DNA from: an uncultured Deinococcaceae bacterium
GTDB taxonomy: Bacteria; Deinococcota; Deinococci; Deinococcales; Deinococcaceae
Length of the DNA: 64,000 bases
Assembly: GCA_964252075.1 (NCBI GenBank)
Contig: CAXULY010000025.1
Location: 1-64,000 of the forward strand
Reading direction: 5' to 3'
A model generated the notes under the pieces. That model was not told the DNA's origin. It saw only the letters and a program-made list of their open reading frames with translations, and made no database searches. Both the position numbers and the translations under genes were made by a program. This document shows, in pieces, positions 48,864-61,132 of the stretch (positions within the stretch are counted from its first letter, which is position 1; the number at the start of each line of letters is the position of its first letter).

Positions 48864-50435
48864 CTACGGAGCGCCCACCGCCGAACCCACGTCGAGCAGG
48901 CCCGCCCCGCAGGCATCCGCCGCGCACCCGACGTTCCGCGCCGTCCCCACGATCCGCGCCCTGATCTGCTCCGGCGTCCAGTCCGCGTGCTGGGCGCGCA
49001 GGAGGGCCGCCGCACCCGCCACGTAAGGTGCCGCGAAACTCGTCCCATCGAAATTCTGGTAACTGTAACTCCCGCCGCGCCCCGTCACATTCGCCGTCCA
49101 CACGCCCTCACCGGGCGCCGCCACGCTCACCCATCCACCCCGGTTCGAGAACCCCGCCGCCGCAAGGTTCGCGTTCACCGCCGCCACCGCCATGAGGCCC
49201 GGCACCTGGGCGCTGTACGCCGCCGGGAAGTGCGGACGCGCCAGCTCCTCATTCCCCGCCGCCGCGACCGTCACGATGCCCTGCGCCGCCGCTTCCGCGA
49301 GCGCGTCCCGCACGATCCGGCTGGGCGCCGGGCCGCCCAGCGACAGGTTGATCACGTTCACGTGCTGCGAGATCGCGTAACACACCCCCGCCGCGATCGT
49401 GAGGCCCGTGCAGGCGCCGGATTCATCGCACACCTTGACGGGCAGGACGCTCGCGTTCGGCGCGACGCCCACCATCTGCCCCAGCCCGGAGGTCGGCGAG
49501 ACGTTCCCCACCGGCGCCCCGATGATTGCGGCCACGCCCGTCCCGTGGCCAGCGGTCTGGCCCTGGTACAGCGCGACATCCAGCGTGTTCACGTTGATGT
49601 CGGGCCCGCCCACGGGTGGGTTGTCCAGCGTGAAGTTGCGCCCGCTCAGCACATGGGTGGGGCTGTTGTTGAACGCCCCGGTGAAGAACTCCGGGTGACG
49701 CGTGACGCCCGTGTCCAGCACCGCCACCGTGACGCCACTGAGGTCGGCTTGTGGGCCACCGAACAGGTCGAAGGCAGGCTGGGCGTTCACGGCGCTCAAC
49801 TCCCAGCGGTGCTTGGGGTCCGGCTCGGCGGTGGGGTAGGCGTCGCCATTCAACCGGGTGACGGGGTCGGCCTCCGCTTCGGTCTGCGCGCCGTCCAGCG
49901 CGTTGGCCGCCTCCGCGGTGCTGCGGCTGGTGTTGTCCACGAATTCAGCCAGCGCGCCCCCACAGGCGCCCGGATCACCGGGCATCAGGGCGGGAATGAA
50001 CCGCTGCAGGGTGAAGCCGTACCGCGCGGCGAACGCGGCGGCCTCATCGTTCGTGCTGATGGTCCTGGGCAGGCGCACCAGCAGGTGACCCTGGACGACC
50101 CCTTCCTCACCGGCCGGCAGCACGCTCGGCCCGGTTCCCTCCACCCTGCCCCCCGCGGTGGTGACCTGCACGTCGTAATCCCCGGGGTCCAGCGGAGGCA
50201 ACACCGCGGTCAGCCGCGTGTCATCCCCCGCCGTGACGTTGACTGGCTGCCCCGCGATCACGAGGGCCGCGCCCTTCAGGTGCTCACCCGTGACGGTGAC
50301 CACGTCGCCGGGAACGGCAATGCGTGGAGACACGCTGAGGATGACGGGCGCCTGCGCCTGCGGCGTCCCGCCATCCTGATGACAGGCCGACAGGGCGATT
50401 GAGATCAGAACCAGCACAGGCCAATGGCGTTTCAT
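48864..50435 (-). CDS. Lipoprotein subtilase (S8) with IPT/TIG domain
   Basis: Lipobox ALSAC, PVILSVSP...GDVVTVTG IPT domain, AVLDTG, GHGTGVA, GTSFAAP. GGAGG RBS before ATG 50435. Confidence 0.9.
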   Translation of the reverse strand: MKRHWPVLVLISIALSACHQDGGTPQAQAPVILSVSPRIAVPGDVVTVTGEHLKGAALVIAGQPVNVTAGDDTRLTAVLPPLDPGDYDVQVTTAGGRVEGTGPSVLPAGEEGVVQGHLLVRLPRTISTNDEAAAFAARYGFTLQRFIPALMPGDPGACGGALAEFVDNTSRSTAEAANALDGAQTEAEADPVTRLNGDAYPTAEPDPKHRWELSAVNAQPAFDLFGGPQADLSGVTVAVLDTGVTRHPEFFTGAFNNSPTHVLSGRNFTLDNPPVGGPDINVNTLDVALYQGQTAGHGTGVAAIIGAPVGNVSPTSGLGQMVGVAPNASVLPVKVCDESGACTGLTIAAGVCYAISQHVNVINLSLGGPAPSRIVRDALAEAAAQGIVTVAAAGNEELARPHFPAAYSAQVPGLMAVAAVNANLAAAGFSNRGGWVSVAAPGEGVWTANVTGRGGSYSYQNFDGTSFAAPYVAGAAALLRAQHADWTPEQIRARIVGTARNVGCAADACGAGLLDVGSAVGAP

Positions 50436-53400
50436 GATTGCCTCCCCAGGGAAGAACTGGATTGAAGGTGCTGTAAAAAGACATCCGACGGACCCGCGAA
50501 CCGCGCCCGGATGGCGTCGGCCCTGCGGTGCATGTCGGGGTGCCCGAGCGCGGCCAGGGCGTCCAGCAGGTACGCCTGCCGCCACGTTTCAAGGTCCAGC
50601 TCCAGCGCGTGGATCAGGCGCCCCGCGTTGCGGGACGTGAGCGCGTCCGCCCACGCCGACCAGGGACCCGTGCCCTCCAGCCGCGCCTCGACCTCCGCCC
50701 GCTGCCACCCCGCTCCGTCGTGGCCGCTGATCCTCAACGCCTCCTGCAGCTGACGCCTCACCTCGGCGCCTTCACCCTGGACGGCGGCCAGGTCCGCTTT
50801 GAGCAGGCAGTGGAACACGGCGTGCTCCCACTGATCCAGGGTGCGGCCCAGGTGCCCCTCAATCTGGTTCAGTGCGCCCACTGCGTCCTGCGGTCGCCCA
50901 AGGCACAGGGAGGCCTCAGCGGAATTCACCAGGGCGTCCAGGAAGACCGCGTTGAACGTGCCCGCGTTGGACCTGGCGATGTCGAAGAGGGCCTGACGGT
51001 AGTACTGATCGGCGTTCACGTACCGCTGCTCGGAAAACTCGGCGGCCCCGACGTTGACGAGCGTCAGCGCCATGCTGAAGTGATCGCCGACGCTCGCCTG
51101 CTCCTCGTACGCCGTCTGGAACAACGGCAAGGCCCGGCTGACCTCTCCGGATTCAAGCCACATGTGCGCGAGGTTGTGCCTCGCCCGGGCGCTGCCCAGC
51201 ACGTCGCCGGTCGACGCGCACAGGTCAATGCACCGCTGAAAGGTGTCCTGAGCCAGGGGGTCCTTGAGGCGCCAGAGGACCGGGCCGAGGTTGCTCAGGC
51301 TGGCGGCCATGCGCTGGACATCCTGGAGGGTCTGCCGGATCGCCAGTCCGGCCTCCAGCGCGCTTCTCGCGGCGGGCCAGTCTTTCTTCTGCTGGTGCAC
51401 CCAGCCCTGGACGTTCAGGGCGTCGCTCCTCACGAGCGAGACCGTGATGCCCTGACGCCCGTCAATCAGCCGCAACACCTGATCCGTGAGCGCCTGCGCT
51501 TCATCCAGCCGCCCCAGCTTCATGGCGAGCAGCTGAGCGCGCATGACCAGGGCGGTGGCCCGCGGTACGGGCTCGCCGCCAGACAGCAGCAGGTCCGCCG
51601 CATCGAGGGCGCTCAGCGCCTCCTCGAGGCGTCCGTACCGGCTCAGGACGCGGGCGCGCTCCACCAGGGTGTGCCCGCGCCGCGCGGGGTCGGGCAGCGC
51701 CTCCTGCGCGCGGTCGAACCACGTGAGGCCGCCCTGCAGGTCGCCGCGCAGGGCGTAGTTGGCGCCCGCTGCGAGCAGCGCGGTGTGGGCGGGGGTCAGG
51801 TCGTCTTCGTCCCAGGCGCCCCGGGCGGCCCAGTGGTGCGGCGCGGCCTGCACGGGCCGCTCGCGCAGCGCGCGGGCGGCGCGCAGGTGCAGGAGGGCGC
51901 GCCGGGAGGCGCTGAGTTCGTGCAGCATGACCTGACGCGTGAGGTCGTGCGCGTAGTGCGCGCCGTCGTCTTCGAGGCGCAGCCACGCGCCCGCGCGGAG
52001 CGTTTCGAGGGCCGCGTCGAGTTCCGCCTCGCTGCGGCCGGAGGTGCGGCGCAGGACGCCCAGACCCTGACCGTCCCCGAGCACGGCGAGGGCGCCCAGC
52101 ACCTGCCGCTCCAGGTCGGGCAGGGCCGCGAGGCGCGCGCTCAGGAAGGTGCCGACGCGTTCGGGGGGCGCGCCGGGCTCGGCGCGCAGCAGTTCCAGCA
52201 GGAAGAAGGGGTTGCCGCCGCTCATGCGGTGCAGGTCGCGGGCGTTCAGGTCGTCGCGTCCAAGCTCGTAGGCGAGGGCCTCCACGGCGGTCTCGTCGAG
52301 GGGGGACAGTGGCAGGGGCGCGCCGAGGTGCTCGCGGGCGAGGGTCTCGGTGAGGCGCCGCACGCTGCCGTGCGGGTCCTCGGTGCTGCGGGCGGTGACG
52401 AGCAGCGCGAGGCCCCCTTCAGGCGGTTCGCGCAGCAGGTGCAGGGCGAGGTCCACGGTGGCGTGGTCGGCCCACTGCAGGTCGTCGAGGATCAGCAGCG
52501 TGGGGTGCTGGGCGGACAGCAGGACCGCCCGGATGGCGTCCTGCCGGGCGCGCGGGGCGAGGTCCGGGGGGACGTGGGCGGCCTCCGCGGCCGTCAGTTC
52601 GGGGACGAGCTCCGCGAGGGCGGCGCGCCACACGGGGTTGAGGGCGTTCAGGCGTTCGGGGTGCGCGCGCAGGGCGTCCCGCAAGGGGCGTTCAAAGGCC
52701 TGCAGGGGCGCGCTGCCCTCGGTGGCCTGCCCGAACAGCAGGGCGTGCGGGACGCGCTGGCGGGCGAGGCGGGCGGCGTACTCGCGCGCGAGTCGGGTTT
52801 TGCCTTCGCCCGGTTCGCCCAGCACGAGGACGCCTGCGGCGCGCGCGCGCCCCTCCGTGACGGGCGCGAGCCGCTCGCGCAGCCAGCGCAGTTCGTGGTC
52901 ACGGCCCACCAGCGGCACGCGCTCCTCCTCGCTGGTGGGCGCTTCGGGTTCGCGGCCCATGAGTTCGCGCTGCAGGGCGTTCAGGCAGGCGCGCGGGTGC
53001 CCGGCGCGCACGAGCGCGAAGGCCTCCTGCGTGGCGGGGGTGGGGTCCACGCCCAGCTCGCCGCGCAGGCGGTCCGTGAGGGTGGCGTAGGTGCTGGTCG
53101 CGCGGTCGGTGTGGTCGAGGGCGCCGTGCGCGAGCAGCAGCAGTCGCGCGGCGTCCTCGCGCGGGTCGCCCTCCGTGCCCGCCGCGACTTCCAAGTAGGG
53201 GAGGGCGGGGCTCAGGTCGCCCGCCTGCAGGGCCTGCGCGGCGAGCGTGAGGGCGTGCGCGCGGCGCGTCTCGCTCAGCGCGTCGCGCCGCGCGTACAGC
53301 CACGCCTCGATCTCCTCGCCGAGGCCCTGGTCCCATTCGCTCAGCCGGAAGTCCTCCAGCAGCGGGCCGCGCCACAGCGCCCAGGCGTCCTGCGGGCCCA

Positions 53401-53695
53401 GCGCCTGGAACGCCAGGGCGTCCACCTGCCAGTTGGGCGTGAGCGCCAGGGTGTCCGTGTCGGCGTGCAGGGCCTCGTCTCCGAGGGTGCGCACGATGGC
53501 GGTGCGCGCCGCGGAGAGGCTGTTGAGGGGGTCGCTCGCCTCGGGCCACAGCATGCGCGCGAGGGCGCGGCGGTTGCTGCGGCCCTCCAGCGCGAGGTAC
53601 GCGAGGACCGCAAGCGCCTTGACGCCCAGGCGCCGCGCCTCCCCGTCCCGCTCCACGACGGGCGGGCCGAGCAGGCGCAACGCAAAGGACGGCAT
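50432..53695 (-). CDS. SARP/BTAD-STAND ATPase-TPR transcriptional regulator
   Basis: LRLLGPP...LAYLALEG...LWP wHTH, BTAD (LWRGPLL, ELGVDP), LVGRD, GEPGEGKT, LILDDLQWAD, GGNPFF, C-terminal TPRs. Confidence 0.9.
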   Translation of the reverse strand: MPSFALRLLGPPVVERDGEARRLGVKALAVLAYLALEGRSNRRALARMLWPEASDPLNSLSAARTAIVRTLGDEALHADTDTLALTPNWQVDALAFQALGPQDAWALWRGPLLEDFRLSEWDQGLGEEIEAWLYARRDALSETRRAHALTLAAQALQAGDLSPALPYLEVAAGTEGDPREDAARLLLLAHGALDHTDRATSTYATLTDRLRGELGVDPTPATQEAFALVRAGHPRACLNALQRELMGREPEAPTSEEERVPLVGRDHELRWLRERLAPVTEGRARAAGVLVLGEPGEGKTRLAREYAARLARQRVPHALLFGQATEGSAPLQAFERPLRDALRAHPERLNALNPVWRAALAELVPELTAAEAAHVPPDLAPRARQDAIRAVLLSAQHPTLLILDDLQWADHATVDLALHLLREPPEGGLALLVTARSTEDPHGSVRRLTETLAREHLGAPLPLSPLDETAVEALAYELGRDDLNARDLHRMSGGNPFFLLELLRAEPGAPPERVGTFLSARLAALPDLERQVLGALAVLGDGQGLGVLRRTSGRSEAELDAALETLRAGAWLRLEDDGAHYAHDLTRQVMLHELSASRRALLHLRAARALRERPVQAAPHHWAARGAWDEDDLTPAHTALLAAGANYALRGDLQGGLTWFDRAQEALPDPARRGHTLVERARVLSRYGRLEEALSALDAADLLLSGGEPVPRATALVMRAQLLAMKLGRLDEAQALTDQVLRLIDGRQGITVSLVRSDALNVQGWVHQQKKDWPAARSALEAGLAIRQTLQDVQRMAASLSNLGPVLWRLKDPLAQDTFQRCIDLCASTGDVLGSARARHNLAHMWLESGEVSRALPLFQTAYEEQASVGDHFSMALTLVNVGAAEFSEQRYVNADQYYRQALFDIARSNAGTFNAVFLDALVNSAEASLCLGRPQDAVGALNQIEGHLGRTLDQWEHAVFHCLLKADLAAVQGEGAEVRRQLQEALRISGHDGAGWQRAEVEARLEGTGPWSAWADALTSRNAGRLIHALELDLETWRQAYLLDALAALGHPDMHRRADAIRARFAGPSDVFLQHLQSSSSLGRQS

Positions 53696-53736
53696 CTGGC
53701 ACGATCTTATTCCTCCCGCGCGCTGCGCCCACCGGG

Positions 53737-53925
53737 TCAGGCCCGCAGGGGGGCGGCGCGGTGCAGGGCCTCGTCATCGCTGCCGCGCTCCAGGAACGCG
53801 TGCAGGAGCGTGAGGAGGGCGCGTTCGTCGCGGTCCGGGGGGTCGGGCGGGCGTTCCTGCACCTCGGGCTGGGGGGTGTGGGGCTCTGGGCGCTGTTGCT
53901 CGGCTGTGGGCTTGGGCTGTTTCAT
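53737..53925 (-). CDS. Small hypothetical protein (62 aa)
   Basis: Strong RBS AGGAAAGGAG before ATG 53925, upstream TACGCT -10; Pro/Gln-rich N-terminus and an amphipathic helix. Confidence 0.55.
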   Translation of the reverse strand: MKQPKPTAEQQRPEPHTPQPEVQERPPDPPDRDERALLTLLHAFLERGSDDEALHRAAPLRA

Positions 53926-53964
53926 GATGCTCCTTTCCTCCTTCGTGGCTGCAGCGTAGGAAAC

Positions 53965-53985
53965 GGGGTCTGAAGGGGGTCTGAA
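53965..53985 (-). promoter_or_regulatory. Direct repeat with 11-bp period (TTCAGACCCC twice), putative SARP/OmpR-type box
   Basis: ggggtctgaa at 53965-53974 and 53976-53985, just upstream of minus-strand TACGCT. Confidence 0.55.
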
Positions 53986-54035
53986 ACGCCTCGCGCTCAG
54001 GAGCGGCTCTTGACGGGCGCGCGCACGCGCATTAG

Positions 54036-55625
<1,590 letters not shown>

Positions 55626-55636
55626 GAGGAGGGGCC

Positions 55637-56620
55637 ATGACCGCCGTGACCGCCAAGCCGACCGTCAGCGCACCGCCCCCCTTCAGCATGGAGGGGCGCA
55701 CGGTCACCCTGTTCACCGAGGAGCCGCTCTGTCTGGACTGCGGCCGGGTCGTGACGAACGTCCGCGTGCGCTACCACGCCTACGGCACGCCGTCCGAACG
55801 CGCCGTGCTGGTGCTGCACGCCCTCACGGGCACCAGCGCCGTGCACGAGTGGTGGGACGCGCTGTTCGGCCCCGGCAAGGCGCTGGACCCCACGCGCGAC
55901 TACATCGTGTGCAGCAACGTGCTGGGCGGCTGCGCGGGCAGCAGCGAACCCGCTGAGCTCGGTCACCCCGCCCTCACGCTGGGCGACATGGCGCGCGTGC
56001 AGCGCAAGCTGCTGGAGCACCTCGGCGTGCGGCGCGTCACGGTGGTGGGCGGCAGCATGGGCGGCCTGCAGACCATCGAGTGGCTGCGCGCGCACGCGGA
56101 CCTGCTGGAGCGCGCCGTGGTGATCGCCGCGCCCGCCCGCCACAGCCCGTGGGCGGTCGGCCTGAACCACGCGGCGCGCGCCGCCATCCGCGCCGCGCCG
56201 GGCGGACCGGGCCTCGTGGTGGCGCGGCAGATCGCGATGCTCAGCTACCGCAGCCCGGAGAGCTTCACGGAGCGCCAGTCCGGGGAGAGCGCGCAGCGGC
56301 CCGGCACGCCCGCCGTCGTCACGTACCTGGAACACCAGGGGGACAAGCTGCGCCGCCGCTTCTGCGAGGACAGTTACCTCGCCCTCACCGAGGCAATGGA
56401 CCGCTTCACCATCACGGACGACGAACTGCGCGCCAACCGCATTCCCACCCTGGTGGTCGGCATCACGAGCGACGTGCTGTACCCGGAACCCGAGGTGCGC
56501 CACCTCGCGGACACGCTGGGCGCCGCCACCTACTGGCGCCTGGAGAGCCCGCACGGCCACGACGCCTTCCTGATGGACGCCGACGGCCTGAACGATCAGG
56601 TGAACGCCTTCCTGCACTGA
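55637..56620 (+). CDS. metX: Homoserine O-acetyltransferase
   Basis: [31 protein letters not shown]. Confidence 0.92.
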   Translation: MTAVTAKPTVSAPPPFSMEGRTVTLFTEEPLCLDCGRVVTNVRVRYHAYGTPSERAVLVLHALTGTSAVHEWWDALFGPGKALDPTRDYIVCSNVLGGCAGSSEPAELGHPALTLGDMARVQRKLLEHLGVRRVTVVGGSMGGLQTIEWLRAHADLLERAVVIAAPARHSPWAVGLNHAARAAIRAAPGGPGLVVARQIAMLSYRSPESFTERQSGESAQRPGTPAVVTYLEHQGDKLRRRFCEDSYLALTEAMDRFTITDDELRANRIPTLVVGITSDVLYPEPEVRHLADTLGAATYWRLESPHGHDAFLMDADGLNDQVNAFLH

Positions 56621-56642
56621 AGGGGAGCGCGCCTGCTGCCCT

Positions 56643-57665
<1,023 letters not shown>

Positions 57666-57680
57666 TTAGTGGACGGCAAT

Positions 57681-57706
57681 GAGAAACGCCCGGCTCGGGC
57701 CGGGCG
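57681..57706 (-). terminator. Attenuator terminator in the trpS leader
   Basis: Minus strand cgcccggc-ccga-gccgggcg-tttctc. Confidence 0.7.
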
Positions 57707-57732
57707 CGACAGCAACGACACAAGGCACCCGG

Positions 57733-57774
57733 TCAGGAACCGGGCCACCAGCAGCGGACGAGGGCGGACCTCAT
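57733..57774 (-). CDS. Putative trpS leader peptide MRSALVRCWWPGS
   Basis: ATG AGG TCC GCC CTC GTC CGC TGC TGG TGG CCC GGT TCC TGA, with tandem Trp codons at 57745-57750. Confidence 0.8.
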   Translation of the reverse strand: MRSALVRCWWPGS

Positions 57775-58406
57775 GCGGTCTGCGCCTCCTCGTACCTGCG
57801 GCGCACGCGCCCCGCGATGGGGGAGGCCAGCGCGCGGCGCATCACCTCCGCGTCTGGCGTCTTCGCGAACCACAGGTCGAAGAGCTCCACCACGCTGACG
57901 TGCGCCGCGTCACCCGCGATCAGCGTCATGGCGTCGCCCGCGCCCACCTCGCCGGGCTCCAGCACGCGCGCGTACAGGCCCGGGCGGCGCGCGTCGCGAA
58001 ACGTCCGCACCCACCGCGGATCGTCCATGCGGACCGCGAAGGTGTTGCAGGGAATGCGCGGCGCCGTCACCTCCAGCAGCGCGCCCCCACCAATGCGGTA
58101 ACGGTCCCCCACGCGCGGCGTGGCCGTTCCGAAGCTGCTGACGGTCAGGTTCTCCCCAAACGTGCCGGGCGCGGGCACCGCGCCGAGGGACTGCGCCCAC
58201 CAGTCGTAATCCTCGGCGCTGTAGAGGTACACCGCCTGGTCCGCGCCCCCGTGGTGTTCCGTGTCCATCACGTGGTCGCCCGACAGGCCCAGTGGCCCGG
58301 CCCACACCCGGTGGCTCACGGGCTCCTTGAAGATGCCGGTGCCCGCAGGTTTGCCAGCGGCCACCATGGGGCGAGGTTCGGCGACGTTCACGGCCATCAC
58401 GCGCAT
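57771..58406 (-). CDS. MOSC-domain protein (YiiM-like)
   Basis: TGIFK, HHGGADQAV, FGENL, PRIPC, GLYARVLEPG. Start at ATG 58406 (TATGCT 6 nt upstream). Confidence 0.9.
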   Translation of the reverse strand: MRVMAVNVAEPRPMVAAGKPAGTGIFKEPVSHRVWAGPLGLSGDHVMDTEHHGGADQAVYLYSAEDYDWWAQSLGAVPAPGTFGENLTVSSFGTATPRVGDRYRIGGGALLEVTAPRIPCNTFAVRMDDPRWVRTFRDARRPGLYARVLEPGEVGAGDAMTLIAGDAAHVSVVELFDLWFAKTPDAEVMRRALASPIAGRVRRRYEEAQTA

Positions 58407-58480
58407 GCGCCCAGCATACCCCGCAGGCCGCGATGAGCTGAGCGCCACCTGAGGTTTGCCACGTGCCTCTGTGCCTGCAC

Positions 58481-58500
58481 TTATGTTCAGGGCCTAAACT
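58481..58500 (+). promoter_or_regulatory. RDRM-like (DdrO) operator overlapping a -10 box
   Basis: TTATGTTCAGGGCCTAA at 58481-58497; TAAACT at 58495-58500. Confidence 0.65.
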
Positions 58501-58512
58501 GTTTGCTCGGCA

Positions 58513-58785
58513 ATGTCACCCACCAAACCAGCGTTTACTCCACTTCAACTTCAGGCCTTGTGGGTGCTCAGCACCGTCAGTGAACTCAGCGCGGGCGAAC
58601 TGAGCGTGGCCCTGGGCCGCAGTCGCACGCACACCGCCACCCTCCTGCGCAGCCTGCAGCACCGCGGTCTGCTCAGCATGGAGCGCTCGCGGGCGGATGA
58701 CGGTCGCTCCACCAGCCGCTATGCCCTCACACCCGAAGGGGAGCGCGCCGTCCACGGCCCCGGCGCCGCTTCCGAAACCGCCTGA
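58513..58785 (+). CDS. Small MarR-like winged-helix protein
   Basis: FTPLQLQALWVL...SAGELSVALGRSRTHTATLLRSLQHRGLL...DGR...YALTPEG. Confidence 0.75.
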   Translation: MSPTKPAFTPLQLQALWVLSTVSELSAGELSVALGRSRTHTATLLRSLQHRGLLSMERSRADDGRSTSRYALTPEGERAVHGPGAASETA

Positions 58786-59079
58786 CCGCTGCAACGACGG
58801 CGCAACAGAAGAAGGGGAGTCGCGGTCAGCGACTCCCCTCGGTGGTTCAGGTGTGCGGTGGTGATCCAGCAATCCTGCTCGCGCGTCCGTGTTGATCTTT
58901 GAGGTGGACGCCTCCCTCAAGTACCCCAGTCAGGGGCACGACTTCGTCAAGCCAGCCACTTATGCTACACGTAACCGCGGCATGTGTCAAGAGGTGGTCC
59001 GCTAGGCAGCTCCCTGACACTGCAACTCCGAAGCGAGCCGCACGCCGGGGGGACTGTAGCGGTCCCCCCAGGCTGTCGC

Positions 59080-59616
59080 TCAGGGCGAGGGAAGGGTCGC
59101 GCCGGGCAGGGCCTTCGCCATGTCGAGGTGCATGCTGACCACAGGCACCTGCGCCGATGCGTAGGCCTTCGCGTCCGCATCCTGACCCGACTGCAACTCG
59201 TTCTGCTGAATGCTCAACGCCAGCTGGTGGCCGAGCAGCTGCTCCTTCGCGTACGCCGTATCGAAATCCGCGCCACTCAGGGTGCTGAGGGTGTTCACCT
59301 TCACCTGGAGGTCCGGCGGCAGCACGGCGGGCAGCGGAACCTTCTTGTTCGCCGCCAGGGTATTGAGCTGGCCCTGGGCCTTCTGGTGGTCCGTGATCAT
59401 CTGCTGAGCGTAGGCCTTCACGGCATCCGAGTTGCTCTTGCCTGGCTGGAGGGCCAGCTGCGACGACATGATTTCAAACATGTTGCTGCCGGTCGTGGCC
59501 TGCATGTACTGCACATCCACGCTCGCCATGTTCGCCTCTACGTTTGGGTCGGTGGCGGCGGGCGCGCAGGCGGCCAGCGCAAGTGGAAGGAGCAGGACCA
59601 TCAGGGTTTTCTTCAT
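59080..59616 (-). CDS. DUF4142-domain lipoprotein
   Basis: Lipobox LAAC, NMFEI..SQLAL, VKAYAQQMITDH, GADFDTAY, HL.MA. Confidence 0.85.
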   Translation of the reverse strand: MKKTLMVLLLPLALAACAPAATDPNVEANMASVDVQYMQATTGSNMFEIMSSQLALQPGKSNSDAVKAYAQQMITDHQKAQGQLNTLAANKKVPLPAVLPPDLQVKVNTLSTLSGADFDTAYAKEQLLGHQLALSIQQNELQSGQDADAKAYASAQVPVVSMHLDMAKALPGATLPSP

Positions 59617-59971
59617 GCACAGCCTCCAGGCCGGGTCGCAGTTCCATTCCAGACGGAACGGGTTGTGGGTCGGCTTGTGGGTCAGCTTGCCTCCCCAGCC
59701 ACACAGCGGCGGTGTCAGGCGCCTGAAGCGCCTCCCAGCAGATTCTCACCTGGTGGGCGAGGCGCGTCAGCAGCGCGTTCATTCGAGACACACAAGCCAG
59801 AGAAGACCGCAGTGGTGCCCGAATACTTGGTTCGCCCGCCAGTAAAGCAGGCGACACAATTGCGCTTCGGTGATCCGTTGTGCCGTGGTCAGCGGGCAGA
59901 AAGACCTGAGGTGCCCGCTGTGTTCGCAACGATCCCCTCGACGGGTTGCCTTACTTCACGACGATATTGAT

Positions 59972-60262
59972 TCACTGCGCATTACCCCAAAACGAATGGG
60001 TCAGCACGGTGACCTCGATGCCCGTGATGCCTTCGGGGCTGATAAGGAGTCGGGCGCGCCACACGGCCAGCGCCGCGCGGCAGTCCTCCAGGCTGCTGAG
60101 GGTGGGGAGGTACTCGGCGAGCTGCGTGGTGTCCGGCACGGGTGGAAACTCCGTGATGAGGGCGGCGTCGGCTTCGCGTTGCTCCAGCTCCCAGTGCAGC
60201 GGCGCGAGGGCCTGCGTCAGCACCTCGTCGGGGAGGTGGTGCGTCACGGCGCACAGCGGCAT
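59972..60262 (-). CDS. Hypothetical protein
   Basis: 96-aa ORF with plausible composition; no recognised motif. Confidence 0.45.
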   Translation of the reverse strand: MPLCAVTHHLPDEVLTQALAPLHWELEQREADAALITEFPPVPDTTQLAEYLPTLSSLEDCRAALAVWRARLLISPEGITGIEVTVLTHSFWGNAQ

Positions 60263-60679
60263 CTCAGCGCTAATCTCCGCGAGGCGAGGCCCCTTAACTC
60301 CACGAGCGGGTTACCTCGCTGTGAACCTCAATCACGACTCCTTGAATACCCTGATGGCCTCCAGGCACGACCGGACCGTCATCACTGTCCAACACGCCAT
60401 CCCAATAACCAAAGCCATGGAAGAACGAAGGCTGGGGTGCGCGTCAATGCATCAGGCGTCTGGAAGGCGAAGTACATCAGGACACCCACCATGCACAAGG
60501 CCGTAAAGACACGATCGATCTTTTTCCGAACGGTCACACCGCACCTTACTTCAGGAGGTGTTGCGTGATCGCGCTACGCCTGCGGGTGCTCGACGCGAAC
60601 CGTGGAGAGGGCCAGCCGTGAAGATGCCCGCGCGCCGACGAGCGCCCTCACCATCGCAGGTGAGGATTCACCCCTTCGC

Positions 60680-60997
60680 TCAGTCCGCCGCACCCGCAAA
60701 GACGTCGTCCTCCACAAGCCCATTGGGGGAGGTGGACGCCAGCACAGAGGGGCCAGGGTTCAGCGTGAACACCAGGTCACGGGCGGGGACGCGCCACGCG
60801 AACACAGCGTCCCATACCACCAGGCCCACAACCAGCAGGACGCACACCATGCCATACGCCAGCAGCAGTTGCGCGCCCCACAGGTGCGCCTCGCGGTATT
60901 GGGTCCAGTGGAACACCACGGTCGGCGCCCCCGCGGCAACGCCCCCGGTCATGAGCAGCCCCAGCACTGTGGGGAACATCTTGTGGATGGAAGTCAT
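60680..60997 (-). CDS. Hypothetical 2-TM membrane protein
   Basis: Two hydrophobic segments. Confidence 0.5.
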   Translation of the reverse strand: MTSIHKMFPTVLGLLMTGGVAAGAPTVVFHWTQYREAHLWGAQLLLAYGMVCVLLVVGLVVWDAVFAWRVPARDLVFTLNPGPSVLASTSPNGLVEDDVFAGAAD

Positions 60998-61132
60998 GCC
61001 CCAGGATACTGAAGGCGGTCTGACGGCCTTATCACCAAAACGCGGTGCCTTAACGCATGGAGTTCAGCGAACGACCACCGCGGGGTGGGGCGCAGGGGCA
61101 GTGGTGGAGGTTCACATGAACGGAGGCGCCCC

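Noticed and set aside
58961..58975. TTATGC-TAC-ACGTAA resembling an RDRM
   Set aside because: The spacer is 3 nt rather than 5 and no clear gene start follows.
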